This document shows positions 12,701 through 24,707 of a DNA stretch of 64,000 nt, one piece after another. The stretch comes from Isurus oxyrinchus (taxonomy: Eukaryota): NCBI GenBank assembly GCA_026770705.1, contig JANJGN010000034.1:6510001-6574000 (forward strand). The letters run 5' to 3'. The translations under genes and the position numbers were made by a program. Below the pieces are notes generated by a model, which was not told the DNA's origin, did no database searches, and saw only the letters and a list, made by a program, of their open reading frames with translations. Numbering within the stretch: position 1 is the first letter of the stretch; each line of letters begins with the position of its first letter.

Positions 12701-14454
12701 CTATCAGGAATGCCAGTTTGATTTACAAATCTTTCTGAAGAAAATGAGTTCACTGACCTGATCTAAACTAGCCTTTATAAACAACATTTTTGCAGCAAGG
12801 GAATTGATTCTGAACCATTGTTTTCAGTGACATAGTAAATGTACCACTATAGTAGCCCATGGAACAATTGGCGATGAGCAAATAAAGCTTGTCATTAACA
12901 TGGATGACCATAACCCATCAATTAATAATTTAAAATGTGTTTCCTACAGTGGTCGGCTGCAGGCCATCATCGATTTACGTGTTCTGCCATTGACATCAGA
13001 GCCTTTGGATAGAATTTATTTCTCACCCCAAATGATCCAGTCTCTAAAAGAATTCACCTTTTCAAGGCTTGGTGCGCATTATAAAATAGAATCCTTGTCC
13101 TTGTTTTATCTTTGATTGTCATTCAGACCACCTGAATCGCCAAAGAATTCCAAAACTTGCATTCGACAGGTACCAGCAAACACACAAAATTCATCGATAC
13201 CATAAAGTAGAGCTGCATGCACTTCCACCGGCTGTTGTAATTCCGCGATCTGATATGTTGTACCCGTTCAATGCGCTGTTCCTGAATGATTGCTCACCCT
13301 CGGCTATATATAACTGCACCATGTAGTATAAAACGGATCTGATGTTTGACTTGAGACCGGAAAATATTCGGTGAAGTGAAGTTTTAAAGTGATTTACTTC
13401 CATTTCGATGTGTTATTTGTTCTACCAATAAGAAATTTGGCAGCGTTTAATTCATTGCCTATCCTTCCCCGCAAAAGTTGATAAGTGTGAAAAAGCTAAC
13501 TTATTAACACACATGTAGTAATCATCTGTGCCAGATGGTAACTTTTGGAGCGCAAAGAAAGTTAATAATGAGGCAAAAATCACTAATATGCTACATGGAT
13601 GCTGAGAATGGCATGTAGATAGTCCTATTGCACAGAAACAACAGTAATCTATTCACCAAATTTTATCCTTTATGTTAAATAGAATTGTAAGATTTATTCG
13701 TCAGTGCAAAATTCATGAAAATCCCTGTTTTTTTCTTTAAACTCAAATAACAAGGGGGAATGTCCATTTTTGCACATGTCAGAATGGACAACAACAGAGT
13801 AGACAAGTTGAAAAGAGGTTTAGCTAAATAGATAATTATGCGTGTTGTCAGTTAGTTTTAGGAACTCGATAAACTGCAAGGTTCTTCTCAAAGCAAATAG
13901 CGTAAAGCGTCGTTTTAATGCAATGCAGCTGGGAATTTCCAAAAGATGCAACAGATATGTCAAGATTACTTTTCTCCCTTCTAGAAACGTGATTTGTTCT
14001 GCTTTCTAAAGTTCAGAATCAACACGGAGGAAAGTATACATTGCAGTATGTCATTTAAATGAAATATAGTTTAAAAAAGGGATGATGCAATTTAAAGTTT
14101 AAAAGGATGTTGACTTGAAAATACGCGTATAATTTTAGAAGAGTCTGCCCAATCATCATCAAACTTGGAACACGCCAATATATCTCCACAGTTTAAAAAT
14201 AAAAAATGTTTTCACATTGCCGTGCAGAAGATAAAGTGCCTTAGAACTCCATATCATTGCTGTATTTCATGCTTGACTTCCTACGCATGTAGTTATCATC
14301 TCCCTTGTTTTTCTGAAACACAACTTGGTATACCATTTGGCTGGGCGATGCATTTTTCACGAATTTTTGGTTCATGCCAAATTCTTTCCTAATTGGAAAG
14401 TTATCGTAAATCAAAGAAACAGATTCCGCAAAATATTGAAATTAATCAGGAGAT

Positions 14455-14620
14455 AAATATTATTATTCTTATTAATGCTACTAATAGCAATATTTTTAGT
14501 ATTTATATCAATATTACCATCAGCAGAAGCAACACAATTCCCATCATGATTGTCATCATCAGCATCATCATCACCACCAGCTTCACCATTCGTAGAATTA
14601 GTCATAGTATTAGTACGATT
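14455..14620. repeat. Degenerate trinucleotide low-complexity tract (ATT/ATC/ACC)
   Basis: attattattctt...atcatcagcatcatcatcaccaccagc; accounts for the Ile-rich ORF 14393-14740. Confidence 0.8.
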
Positions 14621-15374
14621 CCTGTAAGCATTGACAGTTTTCGTTATCTAACACTCTACTTATTCCGGGGGAATAGTAAAGAGACTAATGGAGAGAGAGG
14701 AAGAGGGTCTCTTAATTCACTGCAGAATGAATTACAGTAAAGGCCGCAGAAACACGAGCATACTTCTTCTCTTTGAAATCAAGAAATCCCTTCTTAGCCG
14801 AAAAACAGTGTTTGTCCTTAACCCCCTGAGAAAACGAATAGCTGGAAAAATTCAACAAGAAAAAAGTCACTTCAAAACACTGAGGCTTTTCACAAATATT
14901 AGAAAAAATTTACAGAGTGTTGAAACTCCGAAACTCTCTACCTTAATGAATAATTGCAAGCAAGTGTTCGAAAACCTGCACGTGACACTCAGAAAGTAAA
15001 TGGTTTTGTATCTTCTTGAAAAATGGTGAGGTTGAAGGTGCCTCCAAAGCAATATCGGCAAATGCAAAATATTTGTCACTAAAACCATAACGCTGAGATA
15101 ATAATGAATCCAATACCACAGATCATTAAAGTTGTTATTCCTCTATCCATTTTATTCTGTCATGCTCTTATACTTGAAATTTCGCCTTCCCTTTGACATA
15201 TAACTGGTTATTGACTACCATGTGCCTTGTAAGTGGTTCGCTGTTTGACATGAGATGTCTGAATATTCTATCAAGCTAAGTTTGAATTTCGGAGTTACTT
15301 TTATTGGTACGTGTTAATTGTTCTGCTAAAAATGAATTTGACAGCACTTTTGTGTTTTCTATCGTTTCTGACAG

Positions 15375-15395
15375 AACTTTCAAAGTACCATGACG
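15375..15395 (+). CDS. Microexon, 21 nt, phase 1-1, (E)LSKYHD
   Basis: tgtgttttctatcgtttctgacag|AACTTTCAAAGTACCATGACG|gtaagc; strong acceptor and donor; exactly one heptad. Confidence 0.8.
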
Positions 15396-17065
15396 GTAAG
15401 CTCGGGAACAAGATCATTGCCGTCCTATTTGGAAGAGGATCGAATTTGGAACACGATGAAAATTTGGAACAATGCTAAAGTAATGAATACGTTGAGTGGA
15501 TTTTTGGCTCGGTCAGCAGATACTCGTCTTTGGCTAATGATCAGTGTTGGCAGAATGCCGTTGCCAATCTCCACCCTAAGGTTGAAGTCACATTGCAAGA
15601 TTCCTCCCCTGACACAGAACAAATGTCACGCATTGATTTTTCATGACCTCAAATATTAAAATATCATGTAAATTTGGTGCAGAATGCCACTAATTATTCC
15701 AAAGTGTTCTACTAGCTGTTGGGGAGCGTCAGTGGAGTATGGGTATGCTGGTGATCACTTACCTACTGTAAACTTCAAACGGGATGATTTAAGTTTCAAT
15801 CTGTTACCCAAAAGTTGCAGAACATATATAAGGATTTTATTTTATTTTCAATTTCGTGATCCATTCAGATTTTTGATCCACAGACCAAATATCGTGGAAT
15901 GCATACATTACTTTCTGGTAAATTACATGAAAAAATCACAGTTCACATGGGATTGGAACTCATAACAGGGTTAAATTTTTTGCTACTAGGCATTTCGTAT
16001 TTTCTTCACAGGAGGGGAAGGAATGGTTGCATATAATATATCATAAGAGTTTGAGCTGGTGGGTGCGAATGTTCAAATGAGATCTGGAGAGAAATCGTGA
16101 AAATTATGATAGATGGTTAAACAAGTGACAATGGGGAAATAATGGCACCGGTTCTGAGGTAGATAAATAAAGACAAGGAATAAGAAAATGCCAAGAGCAC
16201 ATCAAACTTTTTAAAACTGAACTGTTCTGTCCAACCAGCAAACCATCTATCGTCAACATCTGACGTGATTGGTGTGAACTATAAATGCAGGGCTTACCAT
16301 GTAGTCGTGCTTCATGCAAAGGAAGGTCAACATTAATGCACGTTTGTGCTATTCTAATTTCGGAATTGCTATATATTCTGATGCCTTCGTGTTCAGTGAT
16401 TTACGGCTGAATAAATGGTTTAAGGGCCTAGATTTGCTGAGGAGCTTAATGCAGCAATTCTCGTCTCAAATGTTTTCTTTTTGTTGTTTTTTTAACCGAC
16501 TTGATAAGGTTGTTTCTTGCATCATGCACCTTCCATACACCTTTTGGCCTTCTTTCCCATCAGTCATAGAATTTATTATCTGTGTGTGCAGGTGTCTCCT
16601 GTCCTCCGTTAACACATCTGTGACACGAATATCAGGCTTCCTTACTTTAAAAACTGTATATACGTTCAATTCTTAACAATACTTGTGTTATTAAATAACT
16701 GCCATCACTGTCTGCAGTCTATTGAAATGAGAATGCAAACTGAGCAGACCGCTTCAAAAAAGCGTTGCTTGGTTAATGGCGTACATAAATCCACAATCTT
16801 CCGATTTAATTCAATAATCTTTTGATTTTTCATCAATTAGTAATGGTGAAGAGTGAAATGCTTAACTGTTTGACATTATATTGCTGTTAAATTACAAGCT
16901 GATGGGTGGAAGCTGCCCTCCTGCACACTTTGTTTGAGATGAGGTGACACAAACCCTTGTCAACTTTGTGGTCGTTTTTTAGATATGGTGTCACTTGGCT
17001 CTGTTAAATGTTTAACTGAAAGGAAAGTTTGCATAACCAATTAATATTTTTTGTTTTCCCTACAG

Positions 17066-17071
17066 AACTAG
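17066..17071 (+). CDS. Microexon, 6 nt, phase 1-1, (E)L
   Basis: attttttgttttccctacag|AACTAG|gtaagt; near-consensus acceptor and donor, same AACT start as sister exons. Confidence 0.75.
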   Translation, partial: N

Positions 17072-17599
17072 GTAAGTTTGAAAATGGTGAGAGAAGAACA
17101 CAGTATATTTTGATACGAAACCTTTAGTCCACGACATGGTTGCCATTGATCGGAGAAAACAATTTTACAGGACAACGTCATTTACAAAGGTGCAGAATCA
17201 TTAACCAGCAGTGCAGCGGCTTAATCTTTGATAGCATCAGGAGTAAGAGACGGAAATAGTTATTAATTCTCCACGAAATATTCCCAGTAACAAAATGACG
17301 GTCGATTGGTTTCAATGCACTGATATCTGGCAAGAAGTGCAAACTGACAGGAAGTGTTTACAAGTGGTGCAGAACCCAGGCAATCATTGAGAAAAAAGTG
17401 TGGAATGAAGAAAGACACTAGCTCTTCTGACATATTCACCAAATTCCACAAGACCTATGGAAAAGAAGTGAAGGTCCAGCAACGGAAATAATACTGTGGT
17501 AATTGCAAATACTTCGCCAGGATGGCCACAACCTTATATGTTTCTTGACAATCGCTCCGCCAAGTTTCATAAATTTTACTCCATAGTGTACAGTATGCG

Positions 17600-18235
17600 T
17601 TCGAGTAACATATGAATTAGTTCTGTTCTATATGATGTTCATTACCATCTTCCAACGATGGAAAACAGGGCAATGACCAGTCTTCACCATTCCCTGCGGT
17701 AGTCCCACCGATGTACCCGAAGGGTCTACTGAAGGACGCCTCGGGAATCCTCGGTAACTGTCGGGAAAGTTTAACTTCCATTGGAAAAGTATCCGCCCAA
17801 ACCTCTGAATCTATGAAAGGAAGCGGGAGACTTTGGAATGTTTCAAATTTTTCATCAGAATAACTATCCAGCAAGTGTTGTAAGGATCAAAACCCTTTTT
17901 CCTTGCGGGAAAAACACTTCGTTAACCAGTTCCACGACTCAGAGCTTAGCCACATAACTAACCAACTAACCACAACCTTCGACCATGTAAGTACACTTCC
18001 GACCAGGACTAACAGCCCCCATGAGAGCTCTTCAAAATCCCAGTGTCCTCCACCAATCTTCAGACAATCAAAGCACTACCTTCTCTGTACACAAGGTCCC
18101 CAAACCATGACATCCCGAGTTGGCCGCAACCCCATATCCCCAGGACACTGGAAACCCTGTCCAACCGCCACTCATCGACAACCACAAATGTCTGACCAGA
18201 CGAGCTCTGAGAAAGGGAAGGGATAGGAAGTGCCC
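17600..18235 (-). mobile_element. Possible L1/Tx1-clade ORF2 C-terminal remnant
   Basis: GC-richer block; minus frames give GMSWFGDLV..EG and DSEVWADTF, reminiscent of fish L1 ORF2 (GI...GDLF; EE.W..I). Weak match from memory. Confidence 0.35.
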
Positions 18236-18339
18236 AATTTGAAGAAATTAATGTTGAGAGACATGTTGTTAGAACGGGCACAGAGATCATCACAGAGAAC
18301 GAGACAGCCTGTTGATGTACTTGGACACGAAATATGGGC

Positions 18340-19052
18340 ATCAATATAATATTTTCACCTAGGATTCAAATGGGGAAGTTGAACGAAATGTATTCATCCA
18401 GTTCAGGTTGAGTTGGCAGTTAGGAAGGCATATGCAATTATTTCGATAAGACTTGAATATAAAACCAAGGATGTGCTGCTGAGGCTTTATAAGGCTCTGT
18501 TCAGAGCACATTTAGAATATTGTGAGCAATTTCGAGCCCCGTATCTCAGGAAGGATGTGGTGGCGCAGAAGAAGATGCAGAGGAGGTTCCCGGGAATGAT
18601 CCCAGCAATGAAAGGCTTAACATATGAGGAACGTTTCAGGACTCTGCGTCTATACTCGATGGAGATTAGCAGGATGACGGGGGATCTGTTTGAAACATAC
18701 AGAATACTGAAAGGCCTGCATAGGGTGGAGGTGGGGAAGATATTTACATTTGTAGCAGAGACTAGGACCCGAGGGCACAGCCTCAGAGTAAAGGAAAGAC
18801 CTTGTGCAACTGAGGTGAGGAGAAACCTCTTCAGTCAGAGAGTGGTGATACAATGGAATTCATTGCCACAGAAGGCTGTGGAGCCTTCTGTTTTTAGGAC
18901 AGAGATAGATAGGTTCTTGACTGGTAAGGGGATCAAAGGTTACGGGGAGAAGGCGGGAGAATGGGGTTGAAAAACGTATCAGCTATTATTGAATGGCAGA
19001 GCAGGCTCGATGGGCCAAATGGCCTGATTTCTGCTCCTTTATCTTATGGTCT
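18340..19052 (+). mobile_element. CR1-clade LINE 3' end (best preserved copy; ORF2 C-terminus 18413-18970)
   Basis: LLRLYKALFRAHLEYCEQF, RTRGHSLRVK, VRRNLFSQRVVIQWNSLPQKAVE and GIKGYGEKAGEWG, then 3' UTR ending tcttatggtctt. 5'-truncated. Confidence 0.93.
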
Positions 19053-19079
19053 TACGGTACTATCACGAGGGAAGCTGCA

Positions 19080-20570
19080 GTAAGCAGACCAATGGACCTG
19101 AGGCCTTCCAATCCTCTGGATGTTAATGGACTTTATCCTGGGGGCTTAGAAATGTCAATGTCGAGGTAATGGCTTTTTGGTGTTAATATTGCAAAATTCA
19201 CGATGTTCAGGAAATGATCGATTAGATTGAAGGTTAGCAAATGTAAAACTTATATTCAAGAAGGGAAGGGAGCTTCCAGCAAGAGTCTACATAACATTTA
19301 GCTCGGCATTTGTCGTAAGAAAGTTGTTAGAATCGATCATTAATGAGGCTATAGCTGGGCGCTTGGAAAAATTCCAGATAGTCGGGAAGTGTTAGGATGT
19401 CTTTGTGAAAGGGAATTTATGGTTAAGGCATTTATCAGAGTTCTTTAAAGGTGTAACATGTTCTGTGTATAACGGGCAGCATGTAGAAGAGCTGCACTTA
19501 GAATTCCAGAAGATATTTTTAATGTGCTGCATTAAAGTTTAATTTGGAAAGTAAAAGCCCATACTGCTTGGGTTAACATTTTAGTTTGGATGGAACATTG
19601 GCTGGTTAGCAGCAAACATAACAGGCATCAACTGGTATTTTATGATTTGCAGATTGTCATGAGTGGAGTATCAAAGGCCTCCGGGCTGAGGCTTGAACAA
19701 TTTAAATTTTTATCAAAGACTTAGATGAGTGAAAGCATGGTAGCTAAATTTTGAGATGACAGAAAATTAGGTATAAAGTAAGTCGTGAAGGGGACTAAGT
19801 AGGTTCCAGACATCGATTCAGTGGGAAGACAATCTGGTAGATGCAGTGTAATGGAAGAAAATGTGAAGTTATTCAATTTGGCAGTAAAAAAAAAACAAAG
19901 CAGGATATTACTTAAACAGAGAAAAGTTTCAGGATTTCGAGGTGCAGCTACGTGTTCTTTTACATGGGTCACAAGATGTTTGTATGCAGGTAGTTTAAGT
20001 AATTACAATGTTAATGCAATATTTTTATTTATTACTAGATGAATTGGGCGTTAGAATAATGATGTAGCTCTTCAGTTCTACAAAGCATTGTTGACACCAC
20101 ATCACGAATATCGTGCACAGCTTTTGTATTCTTGTTTAAGTAAGAGTGCAAATGCGGTGGAGGTGTTTCATGGCAGATTTATTGGATTGATACTTGGACT
20201 GAATAGATTATTGTATGAGGAAGGAATGTACAAACTTCGTTTTTTTTCCACTAGCGTATAGAATAGAGGGGTTGACTGGATTCACGTATATAAGACCCTG
20301 AATGGTTTTGAAAAGGTGGATGTGAAAAGGATGCTCATTCTGATGGGCGAGTCCAGAACCAGGGGCTCTGCCTTTGGACTAAGGTTAGCCATATTCGGAC
20401 AGAGATCTGGATTTTATTTTATTTTCACGTAGATTCTGCAACTTTGGAACACCATTTCTGCAATGGTAGTGGACTCGTTGTAAATTAATATTATTAAGGC
20501 TGAGGTAGGTATACTCTTGTTTGGCAATGAATAAAATATTTTTGGAGGGAATATGGAAGTCGAAACGAAA
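19080..20570 (+). mobile_element. Older decayed CR1-clade LINE (RT to 3' end)
   Basis: Ordered remnants gcaaatgtaaaacttatattcaagaaggga (ANV...FKKG), gctaaattttgagatgacagaaaattag (KFADDTKL) and tccagaaccagggg (SRTRG); many stops and frameshifts. Confidence 0.8.
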
Positions 20571-20769
20571 ACAGATCATCCATGTATTTATACAATGGTT
20601 AAGCAGGTTTGTTCAACTGTTATGCTCTTGTTTCGTAAGGTTGTATATTCGTGCACAAAATGTTTTTTTTTTATTCTGTCATGACCGTGGATGTGGGTGT
20701 GGCTGGCCAGGCCAGCTTTTATTTTCAACCCAGAATTGCACTTAAGAGTAGTTGCGAATAGGGTACAAA

Positions 20770-21640
20770 GTGTCTTCAATGGAATATTAATACATTAGAT
20801 AAGAGGCGAAAAACGGCACATGGAATATAACGTGGGAAAATAATAGATTTCCTACTTTGGCAGGAATAATAGTAAAGCAGAATATATACTTAACCTGTGG
20901 GGCAATGCAGAGTGTTGATGTACAGAGCGTTTGAGTTCTCGGTTTACTGAAATCACCAAATAAGTCAGCATGCAGGCTCAGTAATTAATTAAGAAGGAAA
21001 ACAGGACGTTGGCATTTCTTGCCTCTATAATTATTGCCGCCACATAGGGATGTATTACTACGACTGTAAAGGACATTGACGAGATTACGCCTGAAGTATG
21101 TTTTGTTGTTTTGGTGATATTGGTAGGAGCAGCATACTTGCATCGGAGGACGCTCAGATAAGAGTTTCGAAGCTCATTCTTCGAATGAAAGTGTTGTCTT
21201 ATGAGCAAAGTTTGGGCAGCGGTTGGACCTATACCCATTTTTCATTAACAGAATGAGAGGTAATCCGATTGAAAAGATAACAAGGATTCTGATGGAGCTA
21301 CTTCCAGTAGATCTTCAGCAGATGTTTCCCTCCTAGGGGAACATATTCAGAACAATGATTCTCCAAGCTAACACTGACATGTGAAGAATTTATTCTTTCA
21401 TGTGGATGTTCGCAGTTGGAATTCTCTTTGCCAAGGGAACAGTGGAGTCTTGGTGACTGCGTATATTCGTGGTTGGGTTCGACATATTTTTCGTTGACAA
21501 AGGATTCAAGGGTTATTTGGAGCCAGTAGAAAATAAAATCCAACTAAGAGCATAACGAGCAACCCATTCGTTTATTCACTGATGAATCAGGCGTGACAGG
21601 ACAAAAGGGGTACTCGTGCTTCAGTTTCTGATTTTCTTCT
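20770..21640 (+). mobile_element. Decayed CR1-clade LINE 3' fragment
   Basis: tggaatataacgtgggaaaa (MEYNVGK), aagaaggaaaacaggacgttggcattt (KK.N..LAF) and tggaattctcttt (WNSL). Confidence 0.7.
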
Positions 21641-21929
21641 GTTCTTTAAAACAAATGGATGGAATTCACTTGAGCCTCTCTGCCACCAATGTCCTGGATA
21701 ATAAAATAACTAGGTATAGGAGATGGCTTTAATAAAGTAATGACAAACAGTGGGAGTATGTGGGCTATTGGCTTTGACTTGAGGCAAACTTATAAATCTA
21801 ATGAGGAAGGAGGACACAATGGTACAGGGTCGAAATATTGCTTGTGATCACCAAAGTTTAGCAGAAAGGTCCAGAACTAAAAATGAAAGTACACCGGTAA
21901 AAAGTATTGTAATAGAGAAAATCATTGAC

Positions 21930-22180
21930 AATGCAGAGATAATGGATATTTATCTAAATGCACAATCCATTCGTAGCAAATTGGATGAGTTCGTAGCATA
22001 ACAAGATACTGCTGGATATGATAGGCTAGACAGTACAGAGACAAGGTTGGAAAGTGATGAAAGTTGAAAAATCAATATCCAAATAATTTGACAATCATCC
22101 AAGATGTTAAGAAAGGAAATGGAGGCTTGTCGTTCTGTTAGTAATGCATGAGACAAGTGAAATTATGAGAACTTACCATG
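21930..22180 (+). mobile_element. CR1-clade endonuclease N-terminal remnant
   Basis: IYLNAQSIRSKLDEFVA matches the CR1 EN start motif YLNARSIRNK.DEL.A. Confidence 0.65.
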
Positions 22181-23399
22181 GCTTGGAAAGGAAGGTATGA
22201 GCGGACATCATGAGATTGGTCCATGATGTCATTCCTCTCCGTCGGCATATTTCCGTCTACCAACAACACCCTTCGAGATATTGGCAATCGTGGAACAGTG
22301 GATCTTTCATTATTACATATTCTATATGCACTGTGATTGCTTGTTAAACCTTCAGTTTATGCAAAATAATTTCTGCAATTCAGTCCCTCGTATGATCTTC
22401 CATTTTCTGCTTCAGCACGCTCCTTAAGACATCGTTAGATTTTAATTGCATGAAAGGCATGATACGTAAACTTTGATGTTGTTGATAAAACTTGAATCTT
22501 TTTCCTCAGTTCCACTATTGGAATAATTTACTAAAAATGCCTTCTTAATTTTAAATACAGCTATTGTATTTCATAATAACCTGTTTAAAAATATCACTGC
22601 CGTAATGGTACTACTTTCCAGTCTTCCAAAGACATAACGTCCATGAACTCTTCTCTCATTCTAGTTTATAATCTCCAAACATTCTGTCATGCTTTGATGT
22701 TCTTTTGGAAGTGTGGTGCTCATTGTCGTCATAGTAAACGGAGGGCGATGCAAAATTTAAAGGCAACTATTAACTCTTCATCTCGATTCCATCAAATAGA
22801 ATTGTTAACTGTCTGAATTTTTCTTTACAAACCGCATTAGATAAACACAAATACACGTTATAATCGTGCTTCCAATTTCCGTGGTTGAGACTGAAGCATA
22901 AATCGTTGGAATTACAAGAATTAAAGGATTGTTGCTGCTCAGTGCTGCACCATGGATGCTGTCGCAATCCAATTTAATCAGCAGACGTCCGTGGGCTAAG
23001 GATTTCCGGTATCTGAATAAATTTGGTTCAACCAATTAATTAAAGAATTCGGGAATATAAAGTTTGCATAAATACTAATGCCAATGAAACCATCAAACGC
23101 GTTTTGTTCCACCAAAAATAGACGTCCGGTTCAATTGAGACCTTTCCTGATTGTTGTCATAGAGGAGGAACAAAATGGTCGTAACAGCATAATGGCACTG
23201 AATGAGACCAAACAGTTAATCGAATCCCCCTTGGCTCCATGTGGAACAATTCAGAGATATTTCTCCAAACTTTCACATGTTTAACCCAGGACGTGCCCTT
23301 CCTGTTTTTCTTTTGAAGCAATAAATATTCCGGGCATCTATTCAATCAGTAGACACCGATTTCCAGAGTAAAACTAACGGTTCTGTCAAGAAGAATTTT

Positions 23400-24010
23400 C
23401 CTCAGACTCCCTACCACTGTTCTATAAAATATCATTCTGTTTCCCTCACCTAGCATAATGTTTGCTGATAGAAATAGTTTTATTGTCTTATCTAAGCTGT
23501 CAAACCTTTTCGGCCCCACATTAATCACACGTTAATTTCCATTTCTCCAAGAATAACAAGAACACCTTCTCTAACATAAGCTAAAAACAACAGTTTTCAG
23601 CCCTGCAACCACCCTGGTAAATACAGCATCACAAGAATAAAAAAAAACTTCCGATTGCATAGTGCCAGAACTGTTCAAGCTATTTTTTTATGGCATGAGG
23701 AGATTTACATAGTTTCAGAATACAGCCCCTCTTTTTTTCTGTTCAACACAACTGCTTCAGGGAAATGTATCAATATCGCTGGCTAATTTTCTCGTAATAA
23801 TACATTTAGGCACCACTGGAAATGAATCACGGAATCTTCCACCCTGCACACTGTTACACATTGTTCCATAGATCTCAATAGTCTCTGGGTAGCCCTTCCG
23901 CCAAGACGCGAGGTGTTACAATTTTCCATATTGAATTACAAATGCCCTGTTTCTATCCATTCGGAAAGCCTATCTATGTCCTGCTCCAGTCAACTTTTAT
24001 CATCATACCT
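23400..24010 (-). mobile_element. Decayed CR1-clade LINE fragment (antisense)
   Basis: ccctgcaaccaccctggtaaat and ttacaattttccatattgaattacaaatgcc resemble the reverse complement of the CR1 ORF2 3' half. Confidence 0.5.
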
Positions 24011-24203
24011 GGTTGTCACTGCTGCATTTTTGGACTACAAGTTCATGCACTTAACAAGTCCTCAGCCACGCAAATGCCAGGCACCACCCTGCCGCCAATC
24101 CCGCCCCAACAACACAGAAACACAGACACAGTTTCTCTCGTGCACACAGTGGCACATACACATTGGCGTTGCGTACATATTCGTACACATAATTACAAAG
24201 TCA

Positions 24204-24240
24204 CATACACACACACACACACGCACACACACATACACAC
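24204..24240. repeat. Imperfect (CA)n microsatellite
   Basis: catacacacacacacacacgcacacacacatacacac. Confidence 0.9.
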
Positions 24241-24692
24241 AAATAGGCATAAGTACAGACACATGCTCAAATAACAGTTTAAATTTCGGGTACATCTCAA
24301 ATCTATCAGCTTCCTCGCTGTGCACCAGCCATTATAAACACCCTGATGTTTTCCTGGATATAAGACATTTATTTTCTTTGATATAAAAAACAAGTCGCTT
24401 TGAGTGGGGAAGTAGGAGCTTTATCAATATCAAGTTATTGTCATGAGCCATTCCCATGCAAAGACAAAATTGCATGAAACGGGGAATAACATGAACCGCA
24501 ATCACAAAGAAAAGGAAGAGCGAAGAAAATATATAATAATCATAATAATAATATTAATAATAGAATGGCCACAGTTCCCTGTGAATCAAGAAAAGAAGCA
24601 ACGCAGTTCCCTGCTCGAATTGGAATAACACAGGTGTTTTATCGGAATTCATCTTTTCAAGCAAAGTATGAAGCTCTGCTTTTTCGACCTAG

Positions 24693-24707
24693 GTGTTACA
24701 GAACACG
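24693..24707 (+). CDS. Microexon, 15 nt, phase 1-1, (G)VTEH; an in-frame internal acceptor gives 6-nt 24702-24707
   Basis: ctctgctttttcgacctag|GTGTTACAGAACACG|gtaaac. Confidence 0.55.

Noticed and set aside
14393-14740. Ile-rich ORF as the missing transmembrane exon
   Set aside because: The hydrophobicity comes from a degenerate ATT/ATC repeat, and no convincing splice sites bound it.
16012-16058. Strong acceptor (tttcttcacag) as another array exon
   Set aside because: Available donors give 14 or 47 nt (not multiples of 3), and the phase-1 frame hits TAA.
18413-18970. Longest ORF (185 aa) as a host gene
   Set aside because: It is the C-terminus of CR1 LINE ORF2 in a 5'-truncated copy.
23913-24393. 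Overlapping ORFs with THTHT/VCVCV runs (likewise 349-977)
   Set aside because: Artefacts of CA/GT microsatellites and LINE debris.
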